From Octopus bimaculoides (Eukaryota): a stretch of 63,939 nt of DNA. The stretch is taken from assembly GCF_001194135.2 (NCBI RefSeq), contig NC_068983.1:20311301-20375239 (forward strand). The letters run 5' to 3'. The notes beneath the pieces are model-generated. The model was given only the letters and a program-made list of their open reading frames with translations, searched no databases and was not told where the DNA came from. The translations under genes and the position numbers were made by a program. Below, piece by piece: positions 24,188 through 36,964 of the stretch. Numbering within the stretch: the stretch's first letter is position 1; each line of letters starts with the position of its first letter.

Positions 24188-24558
24188 AGTAGTTTGCTTA
24201 CCAACCACATGGTTCTGGGTTCAGTCCCACTGCGTGGCACCTTGGGCAAGTGTCTTCTACTATAGCCTCGGGCCGATCAAAGCCTTGTGAGTGGATTTGT
24301 TAGACGGAAACTGAAAGAAGCCCGTCGTATATATATATATGTATGTATGTGTGTGCATATGTTTGTGTGTTTGTGTTTGCCAACCCCCAGCATCGCTTGA
24401 CAACCGATGATGGTGTGTTTACGTCCCCGTAACTTACCGGTTCGGCAAAAAAAGACCGATAGAAGAAGTACCAGGCTTACAAAGAATAAGTCCTGGGGGT
24501 CGATTTGCTCCAGCATGGCCACAGTCAAATAACTGAAACAAGTAAAAGAGTGAAAGAG
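24188..24558 (+). mobile_element. SINE B, 5'-truncated at agtagtttgc
   Basis: Near-consensus body with internal microsatellite. Confidence 0.9.
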
Positions 24559-24943
24559 AATATTTAAAAGATTACATTAAAAAATGTCTAATCAACAAAA
24601 ATATTACTTCCAATAACCAACAATCCTTAAAAACACTCGAGACGAAAACATCGTATTCAAAACAGCGTGAAAACTTTCAATAGCAATGAAATGACTACAG
24701 AAGAAAATTGCGGTATTAAGAAATAAAACTCCTCTGAAATGTGTCCTACTCATTTACCATCTAATATAGGACCGATGTATTATCAATCGCTCCACTGATT
24801 CTTTACACTGGTGCCAAATAACTTCTCTTCTCTCTTATGGGTGATTTCACTCAAGCTGGCCTTGGCACCATCAAATAACCAGGCTCTCAACCTGCATCAG
24901 CAAATTCTAAAGATTTGACAAATATAAAACTAAGCTAAACTAT

Positions 24944-25161
24944 GATTTCAAATTTTGGCACAGGGCCAGTAATTTTGGGGGAGGGGTAAGTCGATTGCAT
25001 CGAGCTCCGTGTTCAACTGCTACTTATTTCATCGCCCCTCACCCCAAAAAAAGGATGAAGGGCAAATTCGACCCCGGCGGCATTTTAACTCAGAATGTGA
25101 ATACGGACGAAATGCTGCTAAGCTTTTTGTCCGGCGTATTAATGATTCCGCCAGATCGCCT
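24944..25161 (-). mobile_element. SINE A, tail variant ..gtgccaaaatttgaaatc
   Basis: Full-length alignment to other A copies. Confidence 0.8.
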
Positions 25162-25354
25162 AAACGATAACTCCCAGCAATGGCTTCGTTAAGAACACTT
25201 GACAAACATTGAAAACATACGAGTCGAAAAAATATTCACTTCTGAATAATAGGTAAAGTTTCACCAACTAACAACCGGTTGCAGAAGAGAATTAGGCCAT
25301 TAACGTATCGTACTCATGTCAGAAGAGTTTTACTCATTTATCTTTCCTTTTAGT

Positions 25355-25775
25355 TCTTACTTATTTCGGTCATTGGACTAAGGTCATGCTGGGGCACCAC
25401 CTTGAAATGATTTAGCAGAACTAATCGACCCTAGTCTTTTTATTTAATTTTTTTAAAGTCTGGTACTTTTTCTCTCGTTTGCTTTTTGCCGAACAACTAT
25501 GGTACAGGGACATCATTGAAACAGCACCGGTTGTCAAGCAGTTCTGGGAGACAAACTAAAAAAAACACGCACATACAAACTAGTAAGGTTTTTTTTTTTT
25601 TAGTTTCTTTTTCATCTATCAAATGAACACAAAAGGTTTAGGTCGGCCAAGAGGCTATAATAGATGATACTTGCCCAATGTGCTGTACAGTGAGACTGGA
25701 GCCAGAACCAGTCCTACTATGTGGTTGGGAAGCAAACTTCCTACCACACAGGCAAGCCAACACCTGTACAACCAC
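25355..25775 (-). mobile_element. SINE B, diverged
   Basis: Tail gtcatgctggggcaccacc and head gctataatagatgatacttgccca. Confidence 0.7.
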
Positions 25776-26334
25776 GACTTCACCAACAAATGACTACTAC
25801 AGCTTCACTAATCGTTCTACTTATTCTTCACAATACGTCACATATCTGGGGGAGATTCTACAAAAACTATATTGATTGATCCCATTGGCATTCACGCATT
25901 CATTTAAACAACATCGACGATTTAGAAACCTTAATAATTTTGATAATAATTATCAGTATTCCAGACAGACATCGTTGCAACCATAAATGAAATTCAACGT
26001 CGCTCTGTAGTAGGTACCGATAGGTTTCCTGTTAATATCCTGGGCAATTGAAGACTGTATCCACTTTAACTAATGTGTAGAGTTGGCATTGGAAAAGCTT
26101 TCTTGAGACATGGCTCATCAACAACCAAACCGCACTACTTAAAACCGAAGGTACATTAAACGTGGCATTCAGAAAGTCTTGCGGTTAGGCATGTTGCCCA
26201 CGACTGATCTAGAGAAAACCGCCTGTAATATGATATATTCCTAAATATCTTCTAGCTTAACGTCATCTCAGTTTCCAAAAAGAGAAATAAGCAACTTAAA
26301 GGAAATTCTCGGTCGATCGATCTCAGGCTACCTG

Positions 26335-26645
26335 TTATTGTTGTTGGCACTCCGTCGCTTACGACGTCGAGGGTTCCTGTTGATCCGATCAACAGAACAG
26401 CCTGCTCGTGAAATTAACGTGCAAGTGGCTGAGCACTCCACAGACACGTGTACCCTTAACGTAGTTCTCGGGGATATTCAGCGTGACACAGTGTGACAAG
26501 GCTGACCCTTTGAATTACAGGCACTACAGAAACAGGAAGAAAGAGTGAGAGAAAGTTGTGGTGAAAGAGTACAGCAGGGTTCGCCACCATCCCCTGCCGG
26601 AGCCTCGTGGAGCTTTAGGTGTTTTCGCTCAATAAACACTCATAA
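26335..26645 (-). mobile_element. SINE C, 3' part running into a gap
   Basis: Very close to the other C copies. (CAA)n-like tail. Confidence 0.92.
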
Positions 26646-27090
26646 NNNNNNNNNNNNNNNNNNNNNNNNNNNNNNNNNNNNNNNNNNNNNNNNNNNNNNN
26701 NNNNNNNNNNNNNNNNNNNNNNNNNNNNNNNNNNNNNNNNNNNNNNNNNNNNNNNNNNNNNNNNNNNNNNNNNNNNNNNNNNNNNNNNNNNNNNNNNNNN
26801 NNNNNNNNNNNNNNNNNNNNNNNNNNNNNNNNNNNNNNNNNNNNNNNNNNNNNNNNNNNNNNNNNNNNNNNNNNNNNNNNNNNNNNNNNNNNNNNNNNNN
26901 NNNNNNNNNNNNNNNNNNNNNNNNNNNNNNNNNNNNNNNNNNNNNNNNNNNNNNNNNNNNNNNNNNNNNNNNNNNNNNNNNNNNNNNNNNNNNNNNNNNN
27001 NNNNNNNNNNNNNNNNNNNNNNNNNNNNNNNNNNNNNNNNNNNNNNNNNNNNNNNNNNNNNNNNNNNNNNNNNNNNNNNNNNNNNNNNNA

Positions 27091-27354
27091 GTACGCAACT
27101 GATACTTAATTTATCAACGCTAAAAGGATGAAAGGCAAAGTCGACCTGGGCGGAAATTAAAAATCAGAACGCAAAGACAGACGAAATGCCGTTAAGCATT
27201 TCGTCCCGCGTGCTAACGTTTCTTATTTCTTTATTGTCCACAAGGGGCTAAACATAGAGAGGACAAACAAAGGGATTAAGTCGATTACATCGACCCCGGT
27301 GCGTAACTGGTACTTCATTTATCGACCCCGAAAGGAGGAAAGGCAAAGTCGACC
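27091..27354 (-). mobile_element. SINE A dimer joined by a Tx1-like tail
   Basis: Minus-strand junction ..ccttgtggacaataaagaaataa|gaaacgttagc at 27223/27222. Confidence 0.85.
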
Positions 27355-27660
27355 ATATATATATATATATATATTATGTTCATAAGGAAACAGTTGACAA
27401 TAATTTCGAATCCAACTCTGCCAAATTTCAAAGTCACAGTCAATTTTTCCTCGTAAAGATAAATATATGAGAATTATAATCAATTAGTGTTGCTTTTTAA
27501 TGTGTGTGTGTGTGTGTGCGTGAATACACACGTTTGTGTGCGTATACAAATATATATATGCGTTGTGTATATGTATGTAGACATATAGATGAATATAGAT
27601 ATATACATGTATGATTGAATATATACGAATAAGATGTATATATATGTATGAATGAAGATG

Positions 27661-27733
<73 letters not shown>

Positions 27734-27734
<1 letters not shown>

Positions 27735-27889
27735 AATTAATCGGTTGCCATAATAAAACTCCGAGTTTTGGATGTCGGGGCGGAAATCTGCTGCGGAATC
27801 TCGTCAGTTTTTGTCTGACGAGATGCCGGAGCAGATTTCCACTCCAACATCCGAAACTCGGAGTTTTAATCATGCCAACCGAATAATTG
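27734..27889. mobile_element. Penelope-like inverted terminal duplication (about 75-bp arms, 7-nt spacer) with hammerhead core in the arms
   Basis: Arms 27734-27807 and 27815-27889. The right arm reads CTGACGA-GATG-cc-GGAG-loop-CTCC-aa-CATC-C-GAAACTCGGAGTT. Confidence 0.7.
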
Positions 27890-27969
27890 TCACATATTAT
27901 ATTACAGATAAATTCCTCAATTTACATACTATCGAGGTCTCATTCATTTTTTTGTTGTCATATAATTGC

Positions 27970-29002
27970 TATTAATATAAATATATATATATATATATAT
28001 GTATATGTGTGTGTGTGCACATATATTCATATATGTGTGTGTATACGTATAAATATGTATATATATATATATATATATGTGTGTGTATATTAATATATAT
28101 ATTTTTGTGTATATATATTCATATATATGTGTATATATGTATGCATATATGTATATACATATGTGCGTATATATATTATATATGTGTGTATATACATATA
28201 TGTATATATATATATGTGTGTATATATATATGTGTGTGTGTGTGTGTGTGGATATATATATAACTATAAAGTTATGCACATATATGTACACGCACACGTA
28301 TTTAAACTTACACATCAACATACATGAGTATATACATCGATACTTGTGGATAGGTGTGAAGTGTATATATGTGTGGTTATGTAAATGGATATCAATCTAT
28401 GTTTGTTTATAAAGATGTGTGTATTTTGATGTGCGTATAAATTTGCGAGTATATATATAAAAGCATGTAAAAAATATATGTGTTTATAAAAATACTTAGG
28501 TGCCTGTCTGCGCGTGTATGTTTTCAAACATTTTAAAATTGTTTCCGCTAAACAAAACAGGAATTAATATTCCTTGATATTGCGCCCTCTTTTAATATGC
28601 TCCAAGCAAATTAATAGCTTCATTATTCACGCCTAATATTTATTACCAATATTGATATAGTATCGCATTTATATAAGTTGATTTTAAATAAAATTTTTAG
28701 ATTTTACTTAGAAGTTTCACGCTCTCTTGTAATGTATTTTACGATTGGAAACGTCATAAAATATTTTATCTACATTTTCACAACGTTCCTATCTTTCAAG
28801 TATAATTTTTCGATTTTACTGCTTTGAATATAATCATTTACCTTCTCGCATAATGATTCTCACTCTTTCTTTCTCTTTTTCCGCCTCTGTCAACATCAAA
28901 CGATATATTTTCAACGTGGGAATATAAAAGCAAGAACTTATTGCCGAAAGAATAATGCGTGTGCGTTTATATGTGTATGTGTGTCTATGTATATTCACGC
29001 CA

Positions 29003-29059
<57 letters not shown>

Positions 29060-29538
29060 NNNNNNNNNNNNNNNNNNNNNNNNNNNNNNNNNNNNNNNNN
29101 NNNNNNNNNNNNNNNNNNNNNNNNNNNNNNNNNNNNNNNNNNNNNNNNNNNNNNNNNNNNNNNNNNNNNNNNNNNNNNNNNNNNNNNNNNNNNNNNNNNN
29201 NNNNNNNNNNNNNNNNNNNNNNNNNNNNNNNNNNNNNNNNNNNNNNNNNNNNNNNNNNNNNNNNNNNNNNNNNNNNNNNNNNNNNNNNNNNNNNNNNNNN
29301 NNNNNNNNNNNNNNNNNNNNNNNNNNNNNNNNNNNNNNNNNNNNNNNNNNNNNNNNNNNNNNNNNNNNNNNNNNNNNNNNNNNNNNNNNNNNNNNNNNNN
29401 NNNNNNNNNNNNNNNNNNNNNNNNNNNNNNNNNNNNNNNNNNNNNNNNNNNNNNNNNNNNNNNNNNNNNNNNNNNNNNNNNNNNNNNNNNNNNNNNNNNN
29501 NNNNNNNNNNNNNNNNNNNNNNNNNNNNNNNNNNNNNN

Positions 29539-29573
<35 letters not shown>

Positions 29574-29799
29574 GTATATATGCAGATATATATAATGTGT
29601 ATATATGTATGTATATATGTATCTATATATATATATGTATATATGAATGTGAATATATATATGTATATATATATATACATAAAGATATATACATATGTAT
29701 ATGTATGTGAATACATATATGTATGTATATATTTGTATACATGCATGTATATATGTTTGTATATTTATACATATATATATCTATGTATATATATGTAAG

Positions 29800-29891
<92 letters not shown>

Positions 29892-29985
29892 TACATATGT
29901 ATTTATGTATGTATATATATGTATACATGTATATATAGAAATACACATATATATATATATATGCATGTCTATTTATATTTATATA
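27970..29985. repeat. Compound (TA)n/(TG)n/(TATG)n low-complexity region with gap
   Basis: Direct reading. Confidence 0.85.
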
Positions 29986-31420
29986 TGGTGGATGTCTACT
30001 GCTTACGCAGTTTTGCCACCTCTTGTACCTACACCTTAGAACCATCATGGCATCTGATATGGCTTTCAAAACCAGAAAATGTTCTGCAAAGATACCCACA
30101 TACATTTCACATCCGATTTGGACCACCAAGAGTTGCAGATAAATTCTTATCTTTGTTGATCTTAAAATGTCTTTTCAGACCTCCGTTAGAATTGCAAACC
30201 TTCTCGCATACACTGCATTCAAAGGTGTGCAGAGTAATATAGGTAGAATAGTTGGTGGAGGTTCGTTTTCCATGGGTTTCATATCTTGATGCAAAGCCCT
30301 GATCCTGTTTACAAAATTTTCTGGGCAGCCTATTTTTCTTAGAATTAGCCACAGAGCATATCGATTAACAGTATCGAATGCTTTGCTCAAATCAACAAAG
30401 CAATGGTATAGAGCAAGATTCAATGCACTTTTCTTGTAATTGTCTGATAGTAAAGATACAATCAACTGTGCCCCTGGGGGAAAAAGAGACCACACTGAGA
30501 CTCAGACACTATATTTGGAACTATGAAGGTATTTAAACGTTCTAACAAAATGCGGTCAGGTACCTTTCCAACCACAGACGAAAGCGAAATCCCTCGTAAA
30601 TTACCACACAGATCCTTTGGCCCCGATTTATACAAGGAGACTAAAATGGCATCAATCCAGGTTTGAGGCACTTTCTCAATTCTCCAGCAATGACAAACTA
30701 ATATATTTAAGAGTTCAAACATTTTGTCACCCCCATATTTCAAAACTTCTGCACAGATTCCATCAGACCCTGGAGACTTATTGATATTCAGCTTGTTCAT
30801 TGTTAAATAAATGTCTGGACTTACGTGATTTAAATCCCACTGACGAACTTGCAGCCTGAAATACTTTTGTTTTGAAATCTTCCCATAGATTGTTTGGGTC
30901 AAGATTGATACTTTCTATAGCATCGTGGATTCTTTGCAAGTTGCTTGATAATTTAAAGTTTGCAAAAATTTAACTTTTTGGATACCTTAGTACCAGACTG
31001 TCGATTTTTAGGCATTATCGAAAAATCTATTTTTTCACGCACTAGATGATGGTCAGTCCAGCTCTCTGCCCCTCTCATGGCCCGAACGCTAGAACCGCCT
31101 TTCACATCACGTTTTTGATCAGAATATAATCTATGAGATGCGAGTGCTTAGATTTTGGGTGCATCCAGGTTGTTTTTATATTCATTTTTCTGTTTAAATA
31201 GAGTGCTGGTGACACCAGATTATTCTCAGCATAAAACGTTAAAAGAGCTACTCCATATTTATTACATTTTCCAATCACATATCGACTTAAAACAAGCCAT
31301 GAAACATAGTCCTTTCCAACTCTTGCACTGAAATCTCCCAATATGACCAGCTTGCCAGAAGTTGGTACACTTCTCAATAATTGTGCTAGATCATCATATT
31401 TTCGTTTGTTGTGTTATTTT
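29986..31420 (-). mobile_element. RTE-clade (BovB-like) LINE, degenerate and internally deleted
   Basis: AP-endonuclease: KLVILGDFSARVG..TWMHPKSKHSHLIDYIL. RT: KSPGSDGICAEVLKYGG..RGISLSSVVGK..ESQCG and CFVDLSKAFDTVNR..KIGCPENFV. C-terminal zinc-finger-like motifs and a 3' stem-loop follow. Confidence 0.9.
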
Positions 31421-31501
31421 TATTTAATCCTGAAAAAAAAAAAAAAAAGAAATGTACGTATGTATGTATGTATGTATGTATGTATGTATGTATGTATGTA
31501 T

Positions 31502-31930
31502 AGGCGCAGGAGTGACTGCGTGATAAGTAGCTTGCTTACCAACCACACGGTTCCGGGCTCATTCCCACTGCGTGGCACCTTGGGCAAGTGTTTTCTACTA
31601 TAGCCTCGAGCCGACCAAAGTCTTGTGAGTGGATTTGGTAGACAGAAACTTCCGTCGTATATATGTATATGTATGTGTGTGTATATGTATGTGTGTGTAT
31701 ATGTTTGTGTGTCTGTGATGCCCCCCCCCAAAAAAAAATCGCTTCACAACCGATGCTGGTGTGTTTACGTCCCCGTAACTTAGCGGTTCGGCAAAAAAGA
31801 GACCGATAGAATAAGTACTAGGCATACAAAGAATAAGTCCTGGGGTCGATCTGCTCGACTAAAGGCGGTGCTCCAGCATGGCCGCAGTCAAATGACTGAA
31901 ACAAGCAAAAGAGTAAAAAGAGTAAAGAGT
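31502..31930 (+). mobile_element. SINE B, full length
   Basis: Complete head to (gagtaaa)n tail. Preceded by (GTAT)n. Confidence 0.93.
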
Positions 31931-32790
31931 ATTCACACACCCATCACACGCACAATCATGAAGTAATTTTTCTCCTTTATTTTTCAGACGATCATTTATT
32001 AATGCACTATTTAAAATATATATTCAATTATCTTATTCTTGAATCTTTTCGCCCGTCTTTGCCTGTCTTATTTTTATGTCGCAGTTCTATACTTCTTTTA
32101 CACATCTCCATTTTCCATCCTTATATTCCACATCTTTTCCCGTTTATTCTTTCATTTTTTCCTCCAGAGCTTATCGTTTTCGTTTCACTCCTTCTCCACC
32201 CTTACACGTCCATCCAGCTTTCTCAAATCATTGTATTTCTTTCCTTTTACCCTCCCCCATTCCACTCCCTTATTCTTCTCCCATTCCACTCTTATTAGAA
32301 GTCCTGATAATCCTCTACCCCCGTCCATGCATGCTGCTAGTGCCCTATTTTAATGGAAGGACGCTGACAATCGACACCCTACGCTAGGCACTGTTACGCA
32401 CTCCATCGCATGTTACGATGTACAAGTGTAGTTCGGTGGTGGAAGGGGCGGGGAGAGAGGCTTTGCAACGAAGGGATGAAAATATGGAGCGACAATACTC
32501 AAGGACATCATTAGATTTGTACATGTGGAGATTGTAGCATGCTGTACACAGACACACGCGAATAAGCAGACAGATATCTCATCTTGAACGATGTTTATAA
32601 CAAGAGATAGAGAGAGAGAGAGTGCGGGAGGGGTGCATGTAAGAGTGTGGAGGTAAAGAAAAATAGATAGATGAGAAGAAAGAAAGAAAGAAACAGACAG
32701 AGGAAGTGAGAGAAACGTTCAGTGAAAACACGAGAATAAATTAAATCACGCGTCTTAACACAAAACAATCGTAGTTGTTTATATGTGCAC

Positions 32791-32824
<34 letters not shown>

Positions 32825-33082
32825 ATATATATATATATATATATATCTGTCTGTCTTTCAATCAGTTTGCCTGTCTTGTCGATCTATTTATCTATCCTAG
32901 ATAGTTAGATAGATAGCTGCCCGTTTGCATTATATACATACGAATCCGTGAGGATGTGTGTGTGTGTGTGTGTTTGTCTTTAACACTTTTGTCTCCAGTT
33001 TTTTTTAAATATGTCCTTTACACACACAAACACACACACTTGTGTATGTGTGTGGGCGCGTGCATGTACGTATATACGTATT

Positions 33083-33312
33083 ATTTCTTTACTACCCACA
33101 AGGGGCTACACACAGAGGGGACAAACATGGACAGACAAATGGATTAAGTCGATTATATCGACCCCAGTGCGTAACTGGGACTTATTTAATCGACCCCGAA
33201 AGGATGAAATGCACAATCGACCTCCGCGGAATTTGAACTCAGAACATAGCGGCAGACGAAATACCGCTAAACATTTCGCCCATGGTGCTAACGTTTCTGC
33301 CATCTCGACGCC
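33083..33312 (-). mobile_element. SINE A monomer ending in the Tx1-like tail
   Basis: ..gtcccctctgtgtgtagccccttgtgggtagtaaagaaat tail, not followed by another A head. Confidence 0.85.
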
Positions 33313-33579
33313 TTATGTACGTATATGTACGTATATGTGTGTGTCTGTGTGTATATATATTATATATATATACATGTGTGTGCGCATGTATATATGTACA
33401 TATCTGTGCGCATGCATGTGTGTGTGTGTGTGTGTTTAGTGGCATTTATTTTGAGGACCCCTCGAAGAATGAAAGACAGTTGTCCTCAAAAAAGATTCGA
33501 CTTCAGAACATAAAATGTGAGAACAAATTCCACAAGATATTTTGTCCAACAAGAATATTAATAATAATCCCTTCTAGTT

Positions 33580-34121
33580 TTCGCAAAAGGCCAACATTTT
33601 TGAGGTACTGAGGGGCAAGTTGATTACGTCGAACATGTACTTGAATGATACCTACTTTATCAATCCTGAAAGATGAAAGTTAATTTCAACGGCATTTGAA
33701 CACAGAACGTAAGGAGTCAAAACAAACGCCATTAAACACTTTCTCCGACACTCTAAATATTTCTGCTAACTCACCGCTATAATACTAATCATCCTTCGAC
33801 CTAAAGACACAAGGGCTGAATGTTGTGGGAAAAGGCTAAAGTCTATTACATTGATTCTAGGGCTCAACTGGTACTTATTTCACCGACCCCAAAATTATAA
33901 TAATAATGATGATTTCAAATTTTTATCACAAGGGCAGCTTGGGGGAGTGGATGGAGTTGATTACATCGGTTCCAGTGCGTAACTGGTATTTATTTAATCG
34001 ACCGCGAAAGAATGAAAGGTAAAGTCGACCTCGGTGGAATTTGAATTCAGAACGTAGCGACGGGCGAAATACTGCCAAGCATTTCGTCCAGCGTGCTAAC
34101 GATTCTGCCAGCTCACCGCCC
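33580..34121 (-). mobile_element. Three tandem SINE A copies/fragments (33580-33779, 33795-33890, 33912-34121)
   Basis: Recognisable tails and bodies. The last copy is full length. Confidence 0.75.
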
Positions 34122-34123
34122 AC

Positions 34124-34155
<32 letters not shown>

Positions 34156-34157
34156 CC

Positions 34158-34708
34158 TTTTTTTCTTGGTAACAAGGGCCACAGAAACATTTAGGACAAT
34201 ACACAACAAACAGTGTGGGTTTACATGGAAAACGTGTAATGAATGTTACAATAACAATTAATAAGAAAATTCCCCAAGAGGCGCTTAAGGAACCCCACCG
34301 ATCCTCAGTCGCCCTGCTTTCCAGGAATACCATACCAGTTGCTCCTGTCCCTTCCGTACTTTTCAGCCTGCATTTACCCACCTTTTAAAAAATTTACTAG
34401 TGAAGTGGGACAGAACCTTCCTCTTCCTCTCACCTTCACTTTCCTCTCCGAGTGGAACTTGAAAAATCAATGAGCATTTGACTGCAAAGAGAAGTACCTG
34501 ATTTCAATAGTTCCATTCGCGTCAGCCACGCAATTTCTTTTACCATAGTCAAAGAAAGGCGGTGAAACGGTCTTCATTCTGTGTCAGCTGATAACTGGAT
34601 CTCTTTCGATAAATGGATGACATCTCCTCGACATAACTCCCCCAGTCGGCAATGCAAGAACACTGTAAGAGCAGGTGCAAACCGGTTACATCGCTCTGCG
34701 GATATCTC
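34158..34708 (-). mobile_element. Second Tx1-clade LINE 3' end (different family), 5'-truncated
   Basis: Frameshifted ..FLHC..WGSYVEEM..MVKEIAWLTR..RKVLSHFTSKFFKRWVNAG, then a 3' UTR and A7 tail. Flanked on both sides by GG(ATT)n on the minus strand. Confidence 0.7.
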
Positions 34709-34747
34709 AATAATGATAATAATAATAATAATAATAATGATAATAAT

Positions 34748-36170
34748 CCTTTCTAATATAGGCACAAGGCCTGAAATTTGGGGGAGAGGAATTGTCGATT
34801 ACATCGACCTTAGTACTTGACTGGTACTTGATTTATCGACCTCGAAAGGATGAAAAGGTTAGTCGACCTCGGTAGTAAGGATTGAAATGGCAGAATCGCT
34901 TGCACACCGAGTAAAATGCTTAGCGGCATTTCGTCCGCCTTCAATTCTGAGTTCAAATTCCGCCGAGGTCAATTTTGCTTTTCATCCTTTCGGAGTCTAT
35001 AGAACAAGTACCAGTTAAACACTGGGGTCAATGTAATCGACTCCTCCCCCACAATTGCTGCCGTTGTTACAAAAAAATTGAAACTATTATTATTAGATTT
35101 GCATTACTTTCGTTTTAAAGGTGGTGAGCTGGCAGAATCGTTAGCGCGCCGGGCGAAATGCTTAGCGGTATTTCGTCCCTCTTCACATTCCGAGTTCAAA
35201 CTCCACCGAGGTCGTCTTGGCATTTCATCCTTTCGATGAAGAAATAAGNNNNNNNNNNNNNNNNNNNNNNNNNNNNNNNNNNNNNNNNNNNNNNNNNNNN
35301 NNNNNNNNNNNNNNNNNNNNNNNNNNNNNNNNNNNNNNNNNNNNNNNNNNNNNNNNNNNNNNNNNNNNNNNNNNNNNNNNNNNNNNNNNNNNNNNNNNNN
35401 NNNNNNNNNNNNNNNNNNNNNNNNNNNNNNNNNNNNNNNNNNNNNNNNNNNNNNNNNNNNNNNNNNNNNNNNNNNNNNNNNNNNNNNNNNNNNNNNNNNN
35501 NNNNNNNNNNNNNNNNNNNNNNNNNNNNNNNNNNNNNNNNNNNNNNNNNNNNNNNNNNNNNNNNNNNNNNNNNNNNNNNNNNNNNNNNNNNNNNNNNNNN
35601 NNNNNNNNNNNNNNNNNNNNNNNNNNNNNNNNNNNNNNNNNNNNNNNNNNNNNNNNNNNNNNNNNNNNNNNNNNNNNNNNNNNNNNNNNNNNNNNNNNNN
35701 NNNNNNNNNNNNNNNNNNNNNNNNNNNNNNNNNNNNNNNNNNNNNNNNNNNNNNNNNNNNNNNNNNNNNNNNNNNNNNNNNNNNNNNNNNNNNNNNNNNN
35801 NNNNNNNNNNNNNNNNNNNNNNNNNNNNNNNNNNNNNNNNNNNNNNNNNNNNNNNNNNNNNNNNNNNNNNNNNNNNNNGATCGACTATCCCCTGATTCCG
35901 CCAAATTTCAGGCCGTGTGCCATCAGTGAAAATGATTATTATTATTGTTAAGGAAGCGAGCCTGCAGATTTATTAGCACGCCGGCCGAAATGCTTAGCGG
36001 CATTTTATCCGTCTTTACGTTCCGAGTTCAACTTCCACTAGTCGGCTTTGCCTGTCATCATTCTGGGGTCGATAAAATAAGAACCAACTGGGCACTGGGG
36101 TTGATGTAATTGACTTGCCCTCTCGTCTGAAATTAGTGACCTTGTGCCAAAATTGAAAACCGTCATAATT
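34748..36170. mobile_element. SINE A cluster: 34748-34875 (-), 34885-35090 (+), 35118-35248 (+), 35879-35945 tail (+), 35950-36170 (+)
   Basis: Each aligns to the family A consensus. Confidence 0.85.
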
Positions 36171-36178
36171 AATATTAA

Positions 36179-36685
36179 CTCTTCGTGGGTCGGCGGGGTT
36201 GGAATTACACAAGAAGCCATTGGGGTCCCGTTTTATTTTTTCGCATTTCCACACTATCCATAAAGTAATATCTGTTTAATCTTGTATATATGTGTGATTG
36301 CACGATACAGAACAAAAAACTTAGCACTTCTTTCATAGTTTTATAAACTATACATATAGCACTAAATATAAAATAAAACAAAAAGAATAAAAGAAAAAGG
36401 TATATCGATTCATGCCAGTACAAATACGAAAAAGATTGATTTATAGTTCATCAGAATATCTAAAAAAAGAACAGAAGAAAATAATTTCACAGATGGCCAA
36501 TGACCATGTTGTATGCTATAACATCCATATAAGTGGAAATTTTTAACTCTAAATTTGTATGTGCATACATAAACAATTGACAATAAAAGTCGTGAGATAT
36601 AAAATCATTTGGATTAAAAATGTAAAAGTTGCATAACTTTTAAAATTTGCTGGGGTCGCAAGGGACCCTGCCAGCCCACGAAGGG
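36179..36685. mobile_element. piggyBac-type MITE
   Basis: TTAA at 36175-36178 and 36686-36689. TIRs ctcttcgtgggtcggcggggt / accctgccagcccacgaaggg. Confidence 0.8.
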
Positions 36686-36689
36686 TTAA

Positions 36690-36964
36690 GGCAGAAGCTG
36701 GTGGAATCGTTAGCACGGCGGACAGAATATTTAGCGACATTTCACCATCTTTACCCTCTGGGTTCATTCTCACAGAGGTTGACTTTTATCCTTTTGAGGT
36801 CGATGAAAAAGTACCTTGTACCTGAAATGGCAGAATCACTTTCATATCGAATAAAATGCCAAGCGGCATTTTGTCCGTCTTTAATTCTGAGTTTAAATTC
36901 CGCCGTGGTCGACTTTGAATTTCATCCTTTCGGGTTTCGATAAAATAAGTACCAGCTGAACACT
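36690..36964 (+). mobile_element. Two tandem SINE A copies running into a gap
   Basis: Heads at about 36692 and 36826. Confidence 0.75.
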
